From Chthoniobacterales bacterium (GTDB lineage: Bacteria; Verrucomicrobiota; Verrucomicrobiia; Chthoniobacterales; JACTMZ01): a stretch of 64,000 nt of DNA. The notes beneath the pieces were generated by a model. That model saw nothing but the letters and a program-made list of their open reading frames with translations, was not told the DNA's origin and searched no databases. Shown here in pieces: positions 63,380 to 64,000 of the stretch (its first letter is position 1; every line of letters starts with the position of its first letter). The stretch lies in contig VEQL01000011.1 of NCBI GenBank assembly GCA_018883245.1, forward strand, positions 2,720-66,719, read 5' to 3'. Both the position numbers and the translations under genes were made by a program.

Positions 63380-64000
63380 ATGACACTGCACAAGGACGAG
63401 ACAATATTTGTGGCCGGACACCGCGGCATGGTCGGCAGCGCCATCTGCCGCAAATTGCAAAGGGACGGATTCCGCAAGGTTATCGTCCGCACGCGGGCGG
63501 AACTCGACTTGCTCGACCGCGCAGCGGTGCGCGGATTTTTCGAGAATGAAAGACCATCCGTTGTCGTCGATGCCGCGGCCAAGGTCGGGGGCATCCTCGC
63601 CAACTACGAGCAGCCGGTGGAATTCCTCATCGATAACCTCACCATCCAGAACAACCTCATCGAGGCCGCGGCCGATTTCGGAACCCGCAAGCTGCTGTTC
63701 CTCGGAAGTTCCTGCATCTACCCGAAGCTCGCACCGCAACCCATCCCGGAGGACGCCTTGCTCACCGGTCCGCTCGAACCGACCAACGACGCCTACGCCA
63801 TCGCCAAGATCGCCGGCATCAAACTGTGCCAGGCTTACGCGCGCGAATACGGAAAGAATTTCATCTCTGCCATGCCGACAAACCTCTACGGACCGCACGA
63901 CAACTACGACCTGCACAACTCGCACGTCCTTCCCGCGCTGATCCGCAAGGTTCACGAGGCCAAAGACGCCGGCGCAAAAAGCATCACCGTTTGGGGCAGC
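63380..64000 (+). CDS. fcl: GDP-L-fucose synthase (GDP-4-keto-6-deoxy-D-mannose epimerase/reductase), 5' fragment running off the window
   Basis: Absent from the supplied ORF track because there is no stop in the window. Hand translation from the ATG at 63380 gives [26 protein letters not shown]...[17 protein letters not shown]...[18 protein letters not shown]...[10 protein letters not shown]...HVLPALIRK, open for 207 codons to base 64000. Confidence 0.9.
   Translation, partial: MTLHKDETIFVAGHRGMVGSAICRKLQRDGFRKVIVRTRAELDLLDRAAVRGFFENERPSVVVDAAAKVGGILANYEQPVEFLIDNLTIQNNLIEAAADFGTRKLLFLGSSCIYPKLAPQPIPEDALLTGPLEPTNDAYAIAKIAGIKLCQAYAREYGKNFISAMPTNLYGPHDNYDLHNSHVLPALIRKVHEAKDAGAKSITVWGS

Noticed and set aside
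1-64000. CRISPR arrays, tandem or interspersed nucleotide repeats, IS elements, prophage or defence genes
   Set aside because: Reading the window by eye revealed no direct-repeat/spacer periodicity. There are no transposase, integrase, RT, nuclease-helicase or TA-like ORFs. Intergenic space is too small (<=200 nt) to hide such elements. An exhaustive repeat search was not possible without tools.

Overview
The window is a gene-dense, high-GC bacterial chromosomal segment. Hand counts of typical 60-nt lines give about 63-65% G+C. I call about 62 CDS and one tRNA, and no intergenic gap exceeds roughly 200 nt. I infer a PVC-group (Verrucomicrobiota-like) genome from the gene content: a prepilin-type/X9-DG pseudopilin-like protein, a split exosortase/EpsI pair, a GH57 branching enzyme and many secreted hypotheticals. 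This taxonomic call is not verified.

Most of the content is housekeeping:
- alaS, and ribBA-ribH-nusB-ftsY.
- A ccsA-like/hemA/hemC/cobA-hemD tetrapyrrole operon.
- pfkA, thiD, ispD, pabB, deoA and cydAB.
- A znuA/C/B-type metal ABC importer, a Fur-family regulator, and an AcrAB-type RND pump.

Two surface-glycan clusters flank the window. The first is at 1-4391 and is visibly lower in GC. The second is at 54911-64000 and ends with exosortase, EpsI and a partial fcl that the ORF track omits.

I saw no transposase, integrase, reverse transcriptase, CRISPR array, toxin-antitoxin pair or recognisable defence gene. I also found no convincing complete new 'system'. The observations most worth follow-up are:
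1. A translationally coupled M29-like / methyltransferase / TPMT-like / HAD operon (28179-31450).
2. A polytopic membrane domain fused to a hotdog thioesterase (7277-9205).
3. tspO start-stop coupled to the RND pump (32674-37598).
4. AT-rich palindromic operator candidates at the fur-family and znuA promoters.
5. Two apparent pseudo-enzymes: an S41-like protein without the Ser/Lys dyad and a truncated ALDH-like protein next to deoA.

Family calls come from reading the translations by eye and recognising motifs; no database search was run. Many starts were trimmed from the ORF track using neighbouring stop codons, signal peptides and alternative GTG/TTG starts, so they may be off by several codons.
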